Assembly (NCBI RefSeq): GCF_963921235.1
Contig: NC_086097.1
Coordinates: 112,780,001-112,844,000 of the forward strand
Direction of reading: 5' to 3'
Length of the DNA: 64,000 bases
Source: Mobula hypostoma
Lineage: Eukaryota
The notes under the pieces: model-generated
What the model saw: the letters and a program-made list of their open reading frames with translations, nothing else
Database searches by the model: none
Told to the model about the DNA's origin: nothing
Shown here: positions 13,568-26,500 of the stretch, in pieces
Layout of the letters: every line of letters starts with the position of its first letter
Numbering within the stretch: position 1 is the stretch's first letter
Translations under genes and position numbers: made by a program

Positions 13568-14904
13568 ATATATAATAAATCTCTATACATAGGTTTATTA
13601 AAATAAATATTTTCAATGAATGAGGAGTAAAAGAAGATAGATCACTATTAGGTTATGTGAATATCTTGACATCCAGCCTCAACAATGCTTAGCTTCATAG
13701 AATTTGAAAATAACTTAATGAGAATCAAAACAGCTAGTGAAAGCCGATCTGGCTGTAAAATAGAAACTATAAAGAAATGGACATAAAATTTAAATTGTCC
13801 ACAAGAATGAAGAATAAAATCATCATGTTTTCCTATATGTTCTTATATACAGTATGTTTTCATATATGAATCTATATGTTATTTTGTGCTTGGAAATTCA
13901 CCCTGAAATGATGAGGCAAAGGTGAGCTGTGGTGCAGTGATTCTGGAATGTAGGGGTTTGATTTTCTAATACAAGTGATGTGTAAAGCCTTCTGTTGTGA
14001 CAGGAACACTTTGTGATGGTTACTGCTTCAAGTAGCAGGGCTGATTTGTGTCCACATTACTTTGAATGATGGATTTGTAAAGGAGTGGTTACCATGCAAA
14101 CCAACAGTGTTTGGAAGGAACTCCACAAATGGTGGTGCCTGCATTCAGAAATTCACTTTGTAAAGTAATAAACAACAGGGATGACAACATATCTATCTTG
14201 AGAGGTTTCCTGCACAAGGAATAATTGTTCAATGATTTCAACATGGCATGATAAAATTATACAATTGTGGATAAATTCTTACGCAAGTATATTGGACTCT
14301 ATATGCATTAGTTATTACTCTACTTTTTAAGAACAAACAGCCTTTTAATATAAAAGGGATGTAGGTGTAGATTTCCATTTCTTTTCACCCGCATCATTCT
14401 TTCATGCATAATTTCAGTTTTATTTCCTTACCACTAAAAGATTATCGTCAAGCCCACAGTGAGATATCACCACGGGTTAACAAGTTAGTTCTTTGACTGC
14501 CCTAACAGAGGGAAAACAACGAGCAGGATGAAAGTCTGAGTAATGGAGTTCTGGAGCATAGGACCAATCCACTAGAAGCATAGCCAAACACAGTACAGCA
14601 AATGAATCAAAAATTCACAGGAGAGAACAATTGAAATGATTTAGAAATCAGCATTGTGGAGTTGAAGGAGATAGGGAGAGAAAAGGCCATGCAAAAAAAA
14701 AGGCATTGCAAACTGCTGACCTGTTTGGTCAAACTTAGTACCGTGCTTAACCAAAAATGCATTTTTCTTAGCAAGGTTGATTGCTATGTAAAAGGCATCT
14801 TTGGTTAAGCATATAACTAAGTTTGCTCAGAAAAGAACTGAAATAGGTCAAAGGCTGAATGAGAATGTCAGCAGCATGGTGTATGGACTATTCTATGAAG
14901 CTCA

Positions 14905-15360
14905 AAGAAAAGATCGATCTTGCTGGAGCCGACCAGTCCCATGGGAGGAGTGCTGGAGGAGGCCCAGGAGAGGAAGCTTGCCAGATACAAGGAGCTGGTT
15001 AGCGACTGCTGGAGGCAACGATGATAGGCAAAGTGCATGCCTGTGGAAGTGGGCTACCGGGGTGTCATTGGACAGTTTCTTCACAGAGCTCTCAGCGCAT
15101 TGCGCATCGTTGGTACAAGGAGGCAGAGAGCCATCGGCAATATTACCGAAGCAGCAGAGAAAGCTTCAAGATGGCTCTGGATGTAGAGAACAAGTCCATG
15201 GTGATCCTCAGCACATGCTACCAGAACAGAAATTGTGGCTTAATCAACCATGGCTGGCTCACCTGGATGCGGGTGTCTGGAGTAGAAAAACCTAAAACAC
15301 TCAATGACCACAGGTTACATCATTGATGATGTGCTCAGAGCAGTCTGAGATATATTCTTC
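14905..15360 (+). mobile_element. Degenerate RLE-type non-LTR retrotransposon C-terminus (Hero/R2-like)
   Basis: Across frameshifts it reads VPWEE..EEAQERKLARYKELVSDC...AKCMPVEVGYRG, the restriction-like endonuclease signature (ELTVPWE / K..KY / PVEVG.RG). Confidence 0.65.
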
Positions 15361-16530
15361 AAATCCTGGTCAGGAAGAGATTTTTTGTGAGAATCCTTAA
15401 CATCATCTCAGATTAGTCGTGAGGATCTACTCTACTTTGAATCAGTGATTTAGAAATAGGATATCTTCACCAGGGAAGAGAGCTTATAGGATGGGTAGAA
15501 AACAATGGCTTTGATTTTTTTTTTGTACTCAATTTAAGGATTTTTTTGCTGATCCAGCAGCAGATGTTGAAAAGAGTTTGATAAATAGGTGCATTGGGAG
15601 GATTGAGAGATTGAGGGGAGCTTGGTTGTAGTCTGTACACAAGGAAATTGATGTTGGGAATTTCAATGAAGTGCAGAAAAGTGGGATTCCATGTTCTTTC
15701 GAGTTAGTGCTTTATGAATAAAACAGGATTGAAATAAGAAAGTCAGACTCGAAGCTCCCAGTGCACCAAGGGGCAGACATACCTTGCTTATTTCTGATAT
15801 CATCAGCAGACAATATATTACATACAGAAAGCATTACCTAAATAGAATGTAAAATATTGATGTACATTAATATATGCCAATATTTCAAAGTTTTGAATTA
15901 TCTTATACAGCCTACAGTACCTGGTCTAAGGCTAAGTTTACACATGTGACTATTCTTTATTTTTCAGTTTATAATGTGATTTCAAATTTATGCATAGCAT
16001 TAAAATATTAATGGTTATCACTGTTTATCCAAACAATTAAGCCAACAACACATAAACTTTCCTTTCATAATGAGAGCTTCCTTTCAAATAATTCCGAAAG
16101 TCCTTAAAAAGTAGGAAGAGTGCTTTAAAAAAAACAGATTGCATACAAATACTTATTGCTCTACTTATTCCTCTCCTAAAGGGATGATATAATTCAGGTA
16201 CTTTGGTGTTTCATCCACTTTAGTGCATGTTGGCAGACAGTTCAATCAAGAGACATGAAAACCAAAACTTATTTGATATGGCTACACTTCCAGCTGGATA
16301 ATAGTTCAGTGCCAATTACTGGCCTAGCTGAGAACAGCTAACTCCATGTAAACTTGTGATCAGAACCAGGCCTTCCCAGTCTAATAACTCGGCAATTCAT
16401 TACTTAAAACAGTATTACATTCTACATATTACTTTGACAGGAAAATATCTCTAAGAGTAACAAAATTAATACCATTTCAGATAAACCAGGGAAGTATACG
16501 GCAATTTTAACACATATATAAAATGCAACA

Positions 16531-16845
16531 TTGCCTTTACCATTTTCCTTTTGTACCGTACAGACAGTAAGAAATTCACATACAAGTTGAAGCAAACTCT
16601 ACATTTATGATAGATATCAATTAATTTTTCCATAATTCTTGGAATTTCACATGATGGAAATTATATTCAAATGCCATATAGAATGTGTCTTTTAAAAATC
16701 ATTTAAAATTATTAATAAACAATCCAACAGTTACCCTTGACTTTAAAACATATTTGGGAGTAGCCAAATTCTGGGCACAATAAATTTTGAATTTTCTCGA
16801 TCCTGCAGATGCCTCAAAGTGTATTTCTGTATGGTTATATACATA
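16531..16845 (+). repeat. Copy A of an old ~310-bp direct duplication
   Basis: Collinear with 19000-19330, sharing blocks such as ctctacatttatgata, ccataattcttggaatt, aaatgccatata, cagttaccctt and ccaaattctgg. Confidence 0.85.
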
Positions 16846-17230
16846 ACACATGTATTTTATGAGAAATTACCTTAAACTTATTAGAAAAGTAATTTTCCAA
16901 CTTCTAAGTTATCCTCATTGAAAACATAAACTCCTATAGTGATGTGATGCCAGGACACCAGCCATACAGTGATACTTTCCCCAAGTTTCTTTTCAGAATC
17001 TATACAGTCTCATTAAGCTACTAGATCGGGAGACATTACCAGTGAGCCAAATAAACTTCAGGCACAGAGCAGGATCAAAATTGTGAACATCATTATCCAA
17101 ATAATTGAATGGTATTAGCTTTAATTAAACTAAGAACTTTGAGCAACGTACTTACACGACCTTAACCTAAATTAAAATCAGATAAATTATTTAACGCAGT
17201 AGAAATGAATAAATGTCTGTGAATGCTTAC

Positions 17231-18180
17231 CTTTTTCACTGACACTTTCACTCTCAATTTCTACGTCATCACAGCTGGTATATTCTGGAGTAGATGCAAG
17301 CTCTTCCTCTGAGCTGCTCAACGAGACCTGCCGCATTTTACCTCCTTTCTTTGTTTTATGTGGCTTTGGTGGTGGTGGCCTCACTGATTCCGACTGATCT
17401 GAGCTGAGCGAGTCGTTTCGCAGCATGGTTTCCATCTTTTCCCGTTTAGTTTTCTTAACTGCAGAACTTGGATCCAAGTGTTGTTGTTTCCGCATTGAAT
17501 CAGAATGACGAACGTCACCCCTATCAAATGGAATTGGACTTCGCCTGGGTGTTGGTGGACTGTGATTTGGGGTCCTTTGCCAACTAGAACTAGGCCCTTG
17601 TAGGTCTTGAGTTCTCTCCATTGAGTAAGAACGCTGACTTTGCACAGGGACCCTGCGATCACATGCAGAACGTTGTCGTGACTGCCTTTCCATTCTATGC
17701 TTTGAAATTTGTACATCATCCATCTCTGTGTATGCCAAAGAAACATCACTGTGTCTTCGTTCATGACGTACCCGAGACATCTCAGCATGCATTCGCATTT
17801 GCTCCTCGTACGGTTGTGGTTTGACAGGATAACGTGCCAAATTTGGATCACTACGATAACGAGTCTGATACTCTCCCTCTCGTCTCTGTCGCTCATATTC
17901 ATCTCTACTTTGTGTATCAATATCCTCATCTACTAAATCTCGGAACTCTTGAGACCGCCTTAGACTTCTGCGTGTGGAGTCCCTGCTTTCTCTGTACTCA
18001 ATGTGTTCAGAGTCATCGTAAGCCCACGAGCCTCGCAACGATCGCTTGTCACGGTCTGCATATTCTGTCGGCGACCTCTGCATTGCACTTTCCAAAAGTG
18101 CATACTGTGATGGATCTGCTCTGTCGTCCTTCTGGTGGTATTTCCGATTGTGTTCCCTGGATGTTGATGGGCTCCTTTTC
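17231..18180 (-). CDS. RIMS2: RIMS2 internal coding exon (950 nt; region between the zinc finger and the PDZ domain)
   Basis: Translates as (R)KRSPSTSREHNRKY...YQTRYRSDPNLARYPVKPQPYEEQMRMHAEMSRVRHERRHSDVSL...MLRNDSLSSDQSESVRPPPPKPHKTKKGGKMRQVSLSSSEEELASTPEYTSCDDVEIESESVSEK(G), which I recognise as RIM2. Acceptor tttccttccAG|G at 18181/18180 (phase 2). Donor AAAG|GTAAGC at 17231/17230 (phase 1). Confidence 0.96.
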
Positions 18181-18572
18181 CTGGAAGGAAATAAATATAA
18201 ATTCAGTCAGAGGCACTTTGCATGCAGCAAAGTGCTAAATTAAACCATCAATGCCTTGCTGTACATACAAATTGAAAATTGTGAAAGACAGTTAGGCATT
18301 AATTATGACTATCATAAGTGCAAAATATTAAAGCATTTTGCTTACTATTCATTCTAAATTAAACTGCGAAACAAAGCCTGATATCAAAGCACGTCAACAT
18401 CAAATCATTTTACGACTCATCACAAAATATTGCTTTCAAACAGAAATTTCAGGCCCATGAAACATCATAGCTTTATTCACACATTTTAAGATTACATCCT
18501 CACCTCCCCCCTCTCCCCCCTCCCCCCCCCCGCACCACACACACTTTTTATTAAACATCTTCCTCGGTTTAC

Positions 18573-18631
18573 CTTTCCGTTTGCCATTGCACATCTGGGA
18601 GATAGAGGAAATTATATCCAGAAGAATGCAT
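18573..18631 (-). CDS. RIMS2: Candidate proximal alternative first exon of RIMS2 (MHSSGYNFLYLPDVQWQTE-R)
   Basis: ATG at 18631 with an upstream in-frame TAA, 19 codons + AG, donor AAG|GTAAAC in phase 2, 392 nt from the large exon's acceptor. G-runs follow the donor. No homology support. Confidence 0.38.
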
Positions 18632-18999
18632 CAAATCCAAGCTGGCAAGCACTTTTCCTTAATCTCCCCAAGCTCAGCAAAATTACATTCAAAAGCTTCC
18701 AACAATTGCTGCCTTGCTGAGCTTTGCACACAGAATTATTCTCTCCATATATTGTGATTTCATCCACAGCAGCAAATCAGAATCTGCACCGCCATCTCAA
18801 AGCAAGAAAGTAGGACATCAGCCCACCAACCTAACTTTGATATGTGGTGACATACAGTGGGAGGAGTGAGGAGTTTTACAGTTTAATGTCGTTATCATGT
18901 GCTGTATATAGCTGGAGGTCAAGTAAGATTTTACTCTCCAAGGAAGATTATGGTACTTAGCTGATTACCGACGGACAGTTATGCTTGTAAATTGCAGGA

Positions 19000-19330
19000 T
19001 TGCCTTTACTATTTTCCTCTGTACCACAGAAATGATTATTTCACTCAGAAATTCACATAAAATATGAAGCAAGCTCTACATTTATGATAATAATCAATTA
19101 ACTTTTTCCCATAATTCTTGGAATTCTGCATAATGGAAATGATATTAAAATGCCATATAAAATGTGACTATTAAAAATTCATTTTAAATCATTTAAAAGA
19201 GCAACACATAAACAATCTAGCAGTTACCCTTAACCTTGTACCATATAGGGGACTATCCAAATTCTGGTCACAAATACTGAATTTTTTAGATTCCACAGAG
19301 TCCTCAAAGTATATTTCCATATAGTTATTT
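19000..19330 (+). repeat. Copy B of an old ~310-bp direct duplication
   Basis: Collinear with 16531-16845. Confidence 0.85.
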
Positions 19331-20464
19331 TAAATCCAGGGTACCAGTTTATACATTCCCTTAATTTATTGCTGAACAAAAAAAAAATCACACAGGAAAT
19401 GTGCTTTATCATTGCACACGGCTGAACAGTCAATTATCTAGAACTTTCTGTCATACTTGGAATTTAGCCAGTTTTGGAAGTCATTTCAGTTTAGTCACTG
19501 CCATTACTCCAAGCACGTATGACAAAAGGTTGCTGTCTCTGATGGACCAAGATTTAACTGCTGATGTGAAGGATTTGAACAGACAATAAAGTGAAAACAA
19601 GTAAGTGTTCCCTTATCACTGGAATGCCAATCAAAGGAACGGGAAAACCATTTCTCCAGAAGTTAAATAGAACAAAGCCCAAAAATGTCATAGCTGAAGT
19701 TTCAAATTTTGCTTTAAATTATATAATCATATCATTTGGATCTGGCACTGCTAATACAGGTCTCATAATATTTTAGTATTTGAAAATGTTAAATATTTGA
19801 CAAAGAACAATTGTTTTCTTTTCATTTTCAAGCATTTTAGTGGTATGTTGGAATAACCTGGTCAATTTTAACAACATAAGATGAAATGAGGTAAGGTTGA
19901 ACTGAAATTTTGGAACATATTATTAAGAGTAGACCCTTCAGTCTGGTCTATGACCTAACTGCACAAATCCTTTTATAGCTAGTCTCCTAATATATTTAAT
20001 GGACAAAGATAAATCAAACTCAGATTTGAAATCAGCAATTGACTTATCATTAATTGATGTTTGCAGTACTGTAGTCTGTTCCAAACTTGACTCTGAAAAT
20101 ACAACCAAACTAGTCCCAGAGTGCTTAACCAGTTTATTTCATCCACCTTATTTGTTCCCCATAATACTTTTTTTTAAAAAAAATAAGCTTTCAAACCTCT
20201 TACATTCAAGGGATATGATTTTAAAATCTATGCCCATTGTTTAATGACTGGAATCCGATAGAATTCTGTTAAAGCAATGTTGCCCTCCTGCAAAGGACAA
20301 TGATTACACATCCTAAGGTATAATAAGAAGAATTGCTGGGCTTTGTAAACTGGTTGGGCTACATTTGAAGTACTATTAGGAGGTTATACTTACTTGTAAA
20401 CCTTGAACACAAAGGCCAACAGTCCATGATCTTTTTGATTACTGTCAGTACCTGTCAGTGACAT

Positions 20465-20898
20465 ACCCACCAAGAGGGCCACAACCTTGCCGGAGGGTTT
20501 GGAGGCTTGCGTGTCTCAATGACCCAGAGAACTATGTTGGCTGAAGCCAGGACTTTATGTTGTGGCTCTTGGTAGAATCACCCATGTCAAACAGGTCAAA
20601 GGGTAGAGGCCAGACTAAGAGTGGTCTACTGGTTCTCCAGGTTTGGGATTCAGCTCAAGGCTAACAACCCTGACTGGTCAAACAAAATTGTTATGGAAAG
20701 AGCAATGAAGATTCCTTCTCCATCTGAGTGCGATGGTATTCCTGTGTCTCCACTTGGGACTTGCATGACTGACAGTAGTGAAAGCCAAGAGGAAGCTACT
20801 GACATGACAAAAGGAAGCCCTGAACACCACCAGAGATGGAGGACCTTCATTGCTGCCCTAAATGTCAGCAGTGTAATCGGCAGTAAGTAAGCAAGTAA
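20465..20898 (+). mobile_element. Non-autonomous RTE-clade element (5' UTR joined to 3' end)
   Basis: RTE/Expander-like 5' UTR (ggaggcttgcgtgtctcaatgaccc...caaacaggtcaaagggtagaggccagac), 3' end (agatggaggaccttcattgctgcccta) and an (AAGT)n tail. Confidence 0.55.
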
Positions 20899-21519
20899 TT
20901 CAGTGACATAAAATGATCCATCACCTTCTCTCTGAATCAGTTTTACACCACTTAGAAACTATTCCATTCTAAACCCCTTTAGCTCAAAGTAGATGGCCTC
21001 ACATCTCTCTGCACTGAAATCCATATCCATTCCCCAGTGTTTTAGCCAGGCAATGATGATATCCAACAAGAGAAAATCGCCTCCTGACGTTCTCTAGCAT
21101 TACTATCATTGAATCCCGAACTATAAATACCCTGTGCATTGTTATTGACTAGCAACAGAACTGAAGTAGACAGCTGCAGCTACAAGAGCAGGTCAGAAGC
21201 CAGAAATCCTGCAGTGAGTAACTCACCTCCAAACTCCGCAAAGCCTGTCTATCATCTACAGGGCTCAAGTCAGCAGTGTGATAGAATACTCTCCACTTAT
21301 CCACATGAGGCTAGCCATAAAAACAATTTAGAAGTTCAATATGGGGAGAACACAGCAGGCTGTTTGATTGACAGTCCATCTATCTAGCAGAGTGGCAGTA
21401 GTTTGCACCATCCTCAGTATGCAAACCAGCAATTCCCCACGATTCCTTCGACAGCACCTTCCAAATCCATGACATCTACCAGCTGGAAGGGCAGCAAAAG
21501 AACAGGAACACCCTTGCTT

Positions 21520-22935
21520 CCTTAGGAGTCTGCAGGGATTCGGCATGAATCAGACTCAGAATCAGGTTCGTTATCGCCGGCATGAGACGTGAAATTTGTT
21601 AACTTAGCAGCAGCAGTTCAATGCAATACATACACTAGCAAAGAGAGAGAAAAAAATAATACTCATAAATAAAATAAAACATAATAATAAATAAACAAGT
21701 AAATCGATTATGTCTATTGAATAGATATTTTAAAAATGTGCAAAAACAGAAATACTGTATATTAAAAAAAAAGTGAAGTAGTGTCCAAAGATTCAATGTC
21801 CATTTAGGAATTGGATGGCAGAGGGGAAGAAGCTGTTCCTGAATCACTGAGTGTGTGCCTTCAGGCTTCTGTATCTCCTACCTGATGGTAACAGTGAGGA
21901 AAGGAGATGCCTGGGTGCTGGACGTCCTTAATAATGGACACTGCCTTTCTGAGACACCATTTCCTAAAGATGTCCTGGGTACTTTGTAGGCTAGTACCCA
22001 AGATGGAGCTGACTAGATTTACAACCCTCTGCAGCTTCTTTCGGTCCGGTGCAGTAGCCCCTCCATATCAGACAGTGATGCAGCCTGTCAGAATGCTCTC
22101 CACGGTGCAACTATAGAAGTTTTTGAGTGTATTTGTTGACATGCCATATCTCTTCAAACTCCTAATAAAGTATAGCTGCTGTCTTGCCTTCTTTATGACT
22201 ACATCAATATGCTGGGACCAGGTTAGATCCTCAGAGATCTTGAAACCGAGGAACTTGAAGTTACCCTCTCTCTCCACTTCTGATCCCTCTATGACAAACT
22301 TATGTAGATGTATAGCAGAAAGTGTATTGACTGGCTGCATCCGGGCCTAGTATGGAAACACCAATGCCTTTGAACAGTAAATCCCACAAAGGGTAATGGA
22401 CTTGGCATAGTCATCACGGATAGAGCCCTCCCAGCCACCGAGCACATCTACGTGAAACACTGTCGCAGGAAAGCAACATCCATCATCAGATCCTAGCCAT
22501 GCTCTTTTCTCACTGCTGCCATCAGGTAGAAGGTACAAGAGCCTCAGGACTCACACCAGCAGGTGCAAGAAAAATCTCTACCCCTCAATCATCAGGCTGT
22601 TGAACAAAAGTGGATAGCTACACTCACTTGCCCTACCATTGAAATGTTCCCACAACCAAATGATCTCGATTTTAAGGACTCTTTATCTTGTTATGTTGTC
22701 ATTATTCATTGATCCTGTTATGTATGGGAGGTATTTCCTAGCTCGGACTGGACTCATCAGTCGCGCCCAGTTACACAAATAACAAATACACCCATTCAAG
22801 GACGTCAGTGGTCCTCATCGCTCGCAACAGACACGCACACACATATAGTTAATGAGTATGCCCGCAGGAAAAATAAACCTCGTGGTTGTATGTGGTGACA
22901 TATATGTATTTTGATAATAAAATTTACTTTGAACA
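21520..22935 (+). mobile_element. Host Rex1/Babar-type LINE fragment (split by the 21549-22290 insertion)
   Basis: LRSLQGFGM | TNLCRCIAESVLTGCI continues across the insertion, followed by an LLPSGRRYKSL motif and 3' UTR. Confidence 0.7.
21549..22290 (-). mobile_element. Rex1/Babar-type LINE fragment nested in an opposite-strand copy
   Basis: ORF 22068..22340 reads FKFLG..ISEDLTWSQH..KKARQQLYFIRSLK...CTVESILTGCITV. ATGA occurs on both flanks (21545-48, 22291-94). Confidence 0.8.
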
Positions 22936-23269
22936 TTGGTACATCACCATCTTGAAGTTGCCTTCCACAGCACTTACCGTCCCTGTTTGGAATATATCAT
23001 TGACCCTTCACCATTGCTGGGTGAAATTCCTGGAACTTTCTCCCTGACAGCATTATGAGTTTCTATCACCTCAAACACTGCAGCAGTTCGCCACCACTTT
23101 TGCAGGGGTAATTAGGGAATGATAATTAAATGCTGACTGCCTATGAAGCCCTTCAATGAATTTAAAAATGAACCATCAATATAACTCTGTGAATTAATAC
23201 TCTGACCTACACTACAGGAAATGCTGATCATTGATGTGTGGGTTTCAATCCCATCGTCTATAAAAACGA

Positions 23270-23560
23270 CCTACACAAAATTCTGGCGGAACTCAGCAGG
23301 TCAGGCAGCATCTGGGGAAAAGAATAAACAGTTGCCGTTTTGGGCCGAGACCCTTCTTCAGGACTGAGAAGGAAGGGGGTAGGTGCCAGAATAAAAAGAA
23401 GCAGGCTATCTGGAAGGTGAGAGGTGAAGTCAGGTGGGTGGGAAAGGTCAAGGGCTGGAGAAGAAGGAATCCGATAGGAGAGGACAGTGGACCATAGGGG
23501 AAAGGGAAGGAGGAGGGGACCCAGGGAGAAGTGGTAGGTAGGTGAGACAGGGTGGGGAAG
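23270..23560 (-). mobile_element. Penelope-like element terminal fragment
   Basis: Terminal motif shared with other copies, decayed hammerhead at 23328-23366, and a purine/pyrimidine-biased UTR. Confidence 0.65.
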
Positions 23561-26500
23561 TGATGTTTTTGGAATTGGTTTATTATAGTTACTTGAACCG
23601 AGTATACATAAAAAAACTCTAGCTTTGCATGCCATCCGTACAGATCATTTCAAAAGACGTCCATTGAGGTAGTGCAAGGGAAAGATGGTAATAGTGATCG
23701 AGAAAATGTCGTGTAAGGAAACAATAAGATCATAGGTCATGGGGGGTGATTGTGAGGTCAAGTGTTCCTTTCTAAGGCAGAAGAGAATTTTCAGGAAGTT
23801 GGGTGATTTTCCAATCTCTAATGCAGAGGGACAGTGGCATTTCAAATGCAGACATAATCATGCATATGTTGTGGACACTGCTAAAAAGAAATATCTGGGC
23901 AGATATAAACTCCAAGGTGAAAGGCAAGTATCTATCACCCCTAATCTGTGGACATTACTTTGGTGCACAGCAGCGTATAGTTAAGGATGGCACAGTGCAG
24001 TATAGATGAATGATCAACTTTATCTGCTGTACAATTAGGAAATTGCTGTGTTGTGTTGGTGTGACCATGCAACCAAAAACAACACTCAATAATCATAAAG
24101 AATAAAAATTATATTAAAATAAAGTTAGAAGTACAGATCTGTATAAAAAGAGGTTTAAAGTGTTTACAGTGCAGTGTCTGAAGTAATATATGGGGGAGGG
24201 GTGTGCTTCCTGAACAGATTTCTCACATCCTCTTATTTGACAACAGAGGGTGTGAAGGTGTGGGGCACCAGCAACGGTCTGGCTGAACAGGCACTTGGGG
24301 GGGCAGTCTTTGAGGTTTGATCTCAGAGTCAAATCCGCGGTAGAACCTGTTCAACTGGTTTGAGAAGAGGGGCAGGTGGGCACATTGTTTTTGTAGTTGA
24401 TAATAGACTGAAGATCTTTTGAAAATGAACAGTTATTTGCAGAAAACTGCCTCTCTGGTTTGACTGAATATTGGTGTGTGCCAGCTCTGATTGCCTCCTC
24501 CAGCTTGCACAAGCACAGAAGTGAAGCAATCAATGCTATAACAAATCTGAGACTTGTCTTCTCCAGGTAGCCACAAAACAAGGAAAGAACATGAAAGTCT
24601 TTCAGAGAGAAATATCAATCCCGCCCCCTCCCCCGCACAAAAAAAGAATGGGATCATGATCATCAACCCCCAAAATCCTTCCCTCCACACAAAATGGAAC
24701 ATAAACATCGACCCCAAACCCACCTCCCTCACTCCCTCACAGACTCCATCTCCAGCAGTGATCAAAGGGCAGGCATTTGATGCTGAACACTCACTCGCCA
24801 ACGATATGCAACCAGTCAGAAATGTGGAAAATTCCTCAGCTATGTCCTAGTAAGAAGAAGCAGGACAAATCCAATCTGGTTTACTACCAGCCATCAGCCT
24901 AGTTTAACCAAGAATAAGGTGATAAAATGCTATTAAATGCCACTTACTCACCAACAACCAATGCATGAATGCCCAGATTAGGTTTTGCCAGAACAACTTG
25001 GCTCCAAATTACATCACCACCTTGGTCTAAAGATGGACCAAACAACTGAATTTGACTACTAGACAGCTTCGGACACTATCAGACATCAAAAGTTTCTGGT
25101 AACTATTAAAACAAAGGGCAGAGAAGGAAAACACTCCATTGGCTGGAGGTATAAATCAAACAAAGGGGCTGTTGTTATTGAAGGTCATTCATCCCAGTTC
25201 CAGTAGTTTGTGAGAACAGTATGCTCGACCCAACCATCTTCAGTCACTTCATCAATGACCTTCCTTCTATCAAAAGGTCAGAGGTCAGAATTGTGTATGT
25301 TTGCCATAATGTTTAACTGCATCTGCCTCTACAAGTAATGAAGCAGCCCACAAATGCAAGCACTGAGAGCTGAGCAATATTCACGCAAGTAACTTTTGTA
25401 CCACAGAAGTCTAAAGCAGTGACTATTTCCAAAAATTGAGAGCAGAGCTCACTATCCTTGATCTTAAATGCCATTGCTCTACAGAACTCTCTAATCCAAC
25501 TTGTATCTTTTGTTGTACAGCCTCCTACAAATAACATGAAACATCCCATTGGATTAAAAAAAATATATATCCTTTGGACCCAGGGTGATCTATCTATTCA
25601 CCCATAATTTCCTAGTTCCTCAGCATATAGTAAGTACATTAATCTGCCTTGCTCAGGAACAGAATGGCTGACCTCACACTTCTCCACACTAAATTGCATC
25701 CATCAAGATCTCTCAATGTTCCAAATGTTCTGCTTCCATCCACACTATTTATTGTGTTACCTAACTTAGTGCCATCAACAAGTTGGATATAGAGCTGTAA
25801 AACTGATGCCCTTGTGCAGATCACCCATATGTAATTATGCTGCCAATTAATCACAGTTAATGCACAGGATCAACACATAGACAAATGCACTAATAAATAT
25901 TTTGCTTCAATTCATAGACAGCTGTTTGATATCTGCTCTATCCAAGCTTAACTTATGAGGGCACTTCATTTCCGGAACAACAACAGCAAAGTTCACGGTG
26001 ATAATACGATGAAGGAGAGAGCAGGGCAGAATAGGCCCCAATCATTGAATTGCTGTAAGATAAAGTATCTTTGGTGCCTAAATTGTCCTCATTAGTGTAC
26101 GCAACTGTGAAACTTGTCACTAAAAGCTTCTGGAGACATGATCAATCTGCTGGAGGAACTCCAGATGCAGAATTGTTGATGTTTTGGGTCAAAACCCTGC
26201 ATCAGGACAATCCCAGCCTCTGCAGCCTCTTGGGTCTCCACTGAGTGCTTTTGAACACCTCTGGGATAAGAGATATGAGAAAATATTCCTGAAGTAGTTA
26301 TAGCAGAGAATGGACCCTTTCCTCCATCACATTTGTACTATCTCTGTGGAAGTTGATTCTTCACTTATCTGGAACCCATTTCTTAGTTCCCTTCCCACTC
26401 CCTAAGTTCTTAAGATCTCTTCCACTGGGTAGGGCTCATTACCCACATACTCTTCCACTCAGCAGGGCCCCAGTTCCCACAATTTCCTTTCATCTGGTAT

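Noticed and set aside
17187..18095. ORF-track 302-aa ORF taken as a complete gene
   Set aside because: The start is an internal TTG, and the C-terminal KHSQTFIHFYCVK is intron read-through. The true unit is the spliced exon 18180-17231.
17381..18243. Overlapping alternative-frame and antisense ORFs over the RIMS2 exon
   Set aside because: They are shadows of the real coding frame, with no independent support.
18573..18594. 22-nt microexon (cccAG|ATGTGC...AAAG|GT)
   Set aside because: It would frameshift the gene. The longer ATG-initiated reading fits the phase better.
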